Origin: Candidatus Micrarchaeota archaeon
Lineage (GTDB): Archaea > Micrarchaeota > Micrarchaeia > Anstonellales > Bilamarchaeaceae
Direction: 5' to 3'
Assembly: GCA_040754495.1 (NCBI GenBank)
Contig: JBFMCO010000071.1
Location: 1 to 28,112, forward strand
DNA length: 28,112 nt
Shown: positions 24,983-28,112 of the stretch, one piece after another
Position numbering within the stretch: position 1 is the stretch's first letter
How the letters are laid out: each line of letters starts with the position of its first letter
Notes under the pieces: generated by a model
The model's input: only the letters and a program-made list of their open reading frames with translations
Told to the model about the DNA's origin: nothing
The model's database searches: none
Position numbers and translations under genes: made by a program

Positions 24983-25465
24983 ATGGACATCCGTAAGAAG
25001 ATAGTTCTTGGCCTCGTTATTGTCTCCGTATTCATCTTCCTGGTGACGGTGCTCGTATTCGCATACGCACTCTCGTCCCAAGGCCAGCCGCTCCCGGGCA
25101 TCCTCGCCCCCTTCATGGAGTTTCACATCCACTTCATGGTCCTCATGGGCTTCTTCGGCGTCTTCTCCGGCCTTGTGGTATTCAACATCCTCAACGACAC
25201 CCTAGAGAAGCAGAAGAGGCTCGTCAAGACCAATATCGGCATAATCATGAAGTTCCTCACCCCGGAAGACCGGGAGGTGGTGAGCCTGCTGATCAGCAAG
25301 GAGGGGATGACCACGCAGAGCGAAATCGCCCGGCTGCCCGGCATGAGCAGGCTGAAGGCGCACCGGATTGTCAAGAGGCTGGAGGAGCGCGGCATTATCC
25401 ACGTCGAGAAATACGGCAAGGTGAACATGGTCCGCATCGTGGAGGAGCTGAGGGGGGTGCAATGA
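24983..25465 (+). CDS. Membrane-tethered winged-helix transcriptional regulator (2 TM plus wHTH)
   Basis: Two N-terminal TMs with loop MEFHIHFM; C-terminal LTPEDREVV..LISKEGMTTQSEIARLPGMSRLKAHRIVKRLEERGII. Confidence 0.85.
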   Translation: MDIRKKIVLGLVIVSVFIFLVTVLVFAYALSSQGQPLPGILAPFMEFHIHFMVLMGFFGVFSGLVVFNILNDTLEKQKRLVKTNIGIIMKFLTPEDREVVSLLISKEGMTTQSEIARLPGMSRLKAHRIVKRLEERGIIHVEKYGKVNMVRIVEELRGVQ

Positions 25466-25770
25466 TGGCAGCGAGCCGTTTCGAGAAGGCGGTCTATTCG
25501 GCCTGCGTTAGAATCCCTAAAGGGCGGGTTTCCACATATTCGGCAATCGCTTGGGCGATAGGGAAGCCTGGAGCCTCAAGAGCGGTCGGCAACGCCCTGA
25601 ACAGGAATCCCTTCAAGGGAGTGCCATGCCACCGGGTGGTCCGCAGCGACGGGACGGTTGGCGGGTTCGCGCACGGAACGGCCCGGAAAGTTGCGATGCT
25701 TCTGAAAGAGGGCGTGAGGGTGGAAAACGGGAAAGTGGCCGGTTTCGGGAGGCTTCTCAAGAAACTTTAA
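25462..25770 (+). CDS. ogt: Methylated-DNA-protein-cysteine methyltransferase (catalytic domain only)
   Basis: IPKGRVSTY..IA, SRAVGNALNRNP, VPCHRVV active site. Confidence 0.9.
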   Translation: MMAASRFEKAVYSACVRIPKGRVSTYSAIAWAIGKPGASRAVGNALNRNPFKGVPCHRVVRSDGTVGGFAHGTARKVAMLLKEGVRVENGKVAGFGRLLKKL

Positions 25771-25778
25771 CCGCCGCC

Positions 25779-26051
25779 CTAATATTCAACGCTTATCCTG
25801 CCGCTTTTAATCCTGCAGACGCACATGAGCCTGTCCTTCGGGTCCGTTGAGAATGCCGAAAGTCCGGCCTGCTCAGCCTCGTTCGGCGGCTCGAGGTTCT
25901 CGCCGCCCTCCACGACCCTGACCTTGCATGAGCCGCAGCTTCCGACCTTGCAGGCGAAAAGTATGGAGCATTTGCCGTCCAGCTCTACGAGAAGGGAGCC
26001 GTCCGGCACCTCGACCTGCAGATTGTCGTTCTTGACTTCTACTAGCGCCAT
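25779..26051 (-). CDS. [2Fe-2S] ferredoxin
   Basis: FACKVGSCGSC...RLMC (Cx4Cx2C...C). Confidence 0.9.
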   Translation of the reverse strand: MALVEVKNDNLQVEVPDGSLLVELDGKCSILFACKVGSCGSCKVRVVEGGENLEPPNEAEQAGLSAFSTDPKDRLMCVCRIKSGRISVEY

Positions 26052-26075
26052 TGCCTCACCTTTGTTCTCTAACCC

Positions 26076-26603
26076 CTACTCAATCCGTTCGATATCCAGC
26101 TTTATGGGATTCGTCAGGCAGTAAACGCCCGGGCATCGCTCCTTCGCAAGCCTCATCAGCTCTTCGACGTCTTTTCCGCCGGATACGCTGACCTTCAGTC
26201 TTACGCTTTCCACTATCGGCTCTTCGCCAAGGCCAAGGGCTTTGCGCAGATTTACCCTATTCGCGGCGCTCACCTTCAGCTTCTTCAGCATTATCCCCTT
26301 CTCGGCCGCTACCGCGGCTAAGGTCTGCGCATAACAGGCTGCAAGGCCGAACAGGCAGTACTGGACCGGGTCCGGCTTCGAAGAAGAGCCGCCCATGAAT
26401 CCGGGGCCGTCGGCTTCCACCACCGTACTTGCCTCCCCATGCTTCAGGCTCGCCCTGAACTGGGGTTTGCCGTCATCAAAAACCCACTCGCCTTCCACGC
26501 TCTTTTCTTTTATGGCCTTTTTCGGGTCCGCCTCCGCTTCCGCGATAAACGCTCCGGCTTTTTCCGTGTCGATGTTGTTTATCCTCATTCCACAGCGCCT
26601 CAT
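26076..26603 (-). CDS. OsmC/Ohr-family protein
   Basis: ADGPGFMGG, PDPVQYCLFGLAACY, ERCP. Start at 26603 (ATGA overlap) or 26588. Confidence 0.85.
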   Translation of the reverse strand: MRRCGMRINNIDTEKAGAFIAEAEADPKKAIKEKSVEGEWVFDDGKPQFRASLKHGEASTVVEADGPGFMGGSSSKPDPVQYCLFGLAACYAQTLAAVAAEKGIMLKKLKVSAANRVNLRKALGLGEEPIVESVRLKVSVSGGKDVEELMRLAKERCPGVYCLTNPIKLDIERIE

Positions 26604-27223
26604 TCAAGGGATTTCTTCATCTCCTCGTACTCCTTCTTCGAGATCTCGCCCTTTGCGAATCTCTGCTTGAGTATCTCGGCCGCAGACTGGCCGGCGCTGC
26701 GTCCGGTGACGCTCCGGTAAAGCCAGACAACCACCAGAAGGAGGGCGATTATAAGCAAAACCCAGAACACCAAACCCGCAAGCCATCCATACCCGCCCAT
26801 CATGTCGTAACCATAGCCCATCATCCCGTATCCCATCATATCGCCTCCGGCACCCGGACCCCAGCCACCAGCACCCGGCATCCAGCCCCCTGCATAGAAC
26901 ATGGGCATCATCGCCATCATCCCCCCGTAAGTCACGTTCGTGTCCGTCCGGCCGCAGTGCAGGACCAGCGCCATCTGGATGTGCTGGCGCTTCAGGCTCT
27001 CGCTTCCCTCCCCGCCCATCATCCTGTCCATGGCTTCGTGGGCCTGTCCAGGATGCATCTGCTCCATGTAATACTCGCCTATGAGCTCAAGCTGCGAGTC
27101 GCTGAGGCTGTCGCAGCTTGCGTTGGAATCGACAAGTTGTCTCGCTCTAGAAAAATCCTCAGCGCTCATGGTCGCATATGCGATACCTGCCAGCAATACC
27201 AGGATAAGAAAGGGGGCTCTCAT
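26600..27223 (-). CDS. Secreted Met/His-rich domain, TM helix and SHOCT domain
   Basis: Signal peptide; EQMHPGQAHEAMDRMMGG...QHIQM; GMMGYGMMG linker; TM; EILKQRFAKGEISKKEYEEMK (SHOCT). Confidence 0.85.
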   Translation of the reverse strand: MRAPFLILVLLAGIAYATMSAEDFSRARQLVDSNASCDSLSDSQLELIGEYYMEQMHPGQAHEAMDRMMGGEGSESLKRQHIQMALVLHCGRTDTNVTYGGMMAMMPMFYAGGWMPGAGGWGPGAGGDMMGYGMMGYGYDMMGGYGWLAGLVFWVLLIIALLLVVVWLYRSVTGRSAGQSAAEILKQRFAKGEISKKEYEEMKKSLE

Positions 27224-27245
27224 GGATAGTGCGAAGCGTCAGACA

Positions 27246-27253
27246 TTTATAAT
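27246..27253. promoter_or_regulatory. TATA box in divergent intergenic region
   Basis: TTTATAAT / ATTATAAA, 22 nt from the minus-strand ATG at 27223. Confidence 0.5.
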
Positions 27254-27303
27254 TGTTTGTCGCTGGGGGAATATTTTTAGTCTTTTGCAGGGGAAGCCTG
27301 CGC

Positions 27304-27531
27304 ATGGCCGGAAGAAAGGCGGTTCTGCTCATAGGTGACATGGACTGCGCAAGCGACTGCCCCATCATCGAAAAGACGCTAAAAAAGAAGGATGGCGTAA
27401 TCGGGGTCACGGTGAATTTCGTGACGGAGAAGATGTACATACGATATGATGATAAGCGGCTATCCCTTGGCGAGATAGAAAATGAGATAAAGAGGCTGGG
27501 ATATACTGATATAATTCTGAAAAATGCATGA
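27304..27531 (+). CDS. Second stand-alone HMA-domain protein with CxxxC variant motif
   Basis: GDMDCASDCPIIEKTLKKKDGVIGVTVNFVTEKMYIRYD. ATG at 27304 preferred over 27253. Confidence 0.75.
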   Translation: MAGRKAVLLIGDMDCASDCPIIEKTLKKKDGVIGVTVNFVTEKMYIRYDDKRLSLGEIENEIKRLGYTDIILKNA

Positions 27532-27543
27532 TCCGGGGTAAAT

Positions 27544-27996
27544 ATGCAGGTTGATGTAGCTATCGCAGGAGCAAGTTTTGCGGGCTTAGGCGTAGCCCAT
27601 TATCTTCGGGATGCCGGTTTCGATGTGCTGCTGATAGACCGGAAAGATGTCGGGGAGGGCAGAACATCGACATGCGGCGTGCCAAAGAGACTCGTTGATG
27701 AGGTCGCGCCAGGCACGATACTCCGGACAGTCAAAAATTTTTACATCGAAACGCAGAGGCTGAGAAGAAAATTCGAGATTCCTGAAGAATATGGCGTAAT
27801 CGATTACAAAAAGTCATGCGTTTCGCTTTTCGAAAAATCAGCCGCCGGGTTCATGAAAGCGGAGGTTCTGGGAACTGCGGACGGAAAGATAAACACCTCG
27901 GAGGGCGGGGTAGAAGCGAAATTCATCATAGATTGCACAGGCTGGCGGAGAGTTCTGTCGGGAAACAAGGGTGCGGGCAAGCTGCTCATAGTCTAG
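27544..27996 (+). pseudogene. 3'-truncated geranylgeranyl-reductase-family FAD oxidoreductase
   Basis: DVAIAGASFAGL (Rossmann), TCG, IDY, IIDCTG, then TAG at 150 aa. All three frames are stopped within about 40 nt downstream; family members are normally more than twice this length. Confidence 0.65.
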
Positions 27997-28112
27997 GACA
28001 AAATTAGACGAACTTTTATAAATTGTCCTCCGTAGATACTATCTATGGTCTGGCATCTACCAAAAGGAGATGAATTCCTCCCCAAAATATCCGTTGAAGA
28101 GTTAAGGCAAAC
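27989..28112 (+). mobile_element. Possible left end of an IS630-like insertion sequence with 5' part of a transposase ORF (28045-end)
   Basis: Abrupt shift to AT-rich DNA after a TA. TTTTATAAA at 28014-22, then a leaderless ORF MVWHLPKGDEFLPKISVEELRQ..., recalling the SVEEL-type N-termini of archaeal IS630-like transposases. Only 22 codons are visible. Confidence 0.4.

Noticed and set aside
27994-28035. Pyrrolysine read-through or frameshift rescue of the reductase TAG
   Set aside because: A second in-frame TAG follows 13 codons later, both other frames stop within 30 nt, and no reductase-like sequence continues.
1-28112. CRISPR array, rRNA, integrase, prophage or known defence genes
   Set aside because: No regularly spaced repeat-spacer units, rRNA signatures, tyrosine/serine recombinase motifs or capsid/terminase motifs were seen. 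The ATPase lacks the nuclease or SIR2 partners expected of HerA defence systems.

Overview
Archaeal chromosomal window (aIF2-gamma, S6e, TFE, TATA-box promoters). It is GC-rich and gene-dense. A DPANN lineage such as Micrarchaeota is plausible from gene style, but that is inference only. There are three zones. (1) 1-5.8 kb: a co-oriented operon of a VirB4/HerA-like ATPase plus four uncharacterised membrane, coiled-coil or winged-helix proteins, a candidate envelope-spanning secretion or DNA-transfer machine. (2) 5.9-14.3 kb: mostly housekeeping genes (tfe, DUF460-like, GT4, pyruvoyl arginine decarboxylase, rps6e, eif2g, tRNA-Ser(GCT)) mixed with orphans: a Cys-repeat surface protein, a zincin and a small duplicated basic protein. 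(3) 14.35-28.1 kb, starting at a REP-like hairpin cluster right after tRNA-Ser: a copper/thiol-redox island. It contains CopA, CopZ, a cupredoxin, a multicopper oxidase, DsbA, three MerT-like CxxC membrane proteins, an HMA-fused membrane protein with a seven-methionine helical stripe, and two membrane-linked winged-helix regulators with visible operator-like repeats. It ends in a truncated geranylgeranyl-reductase-family gene followed by what looks like the 5' end of an IS630-like element. All family calls come from motif recognition by eye; no database search was run.
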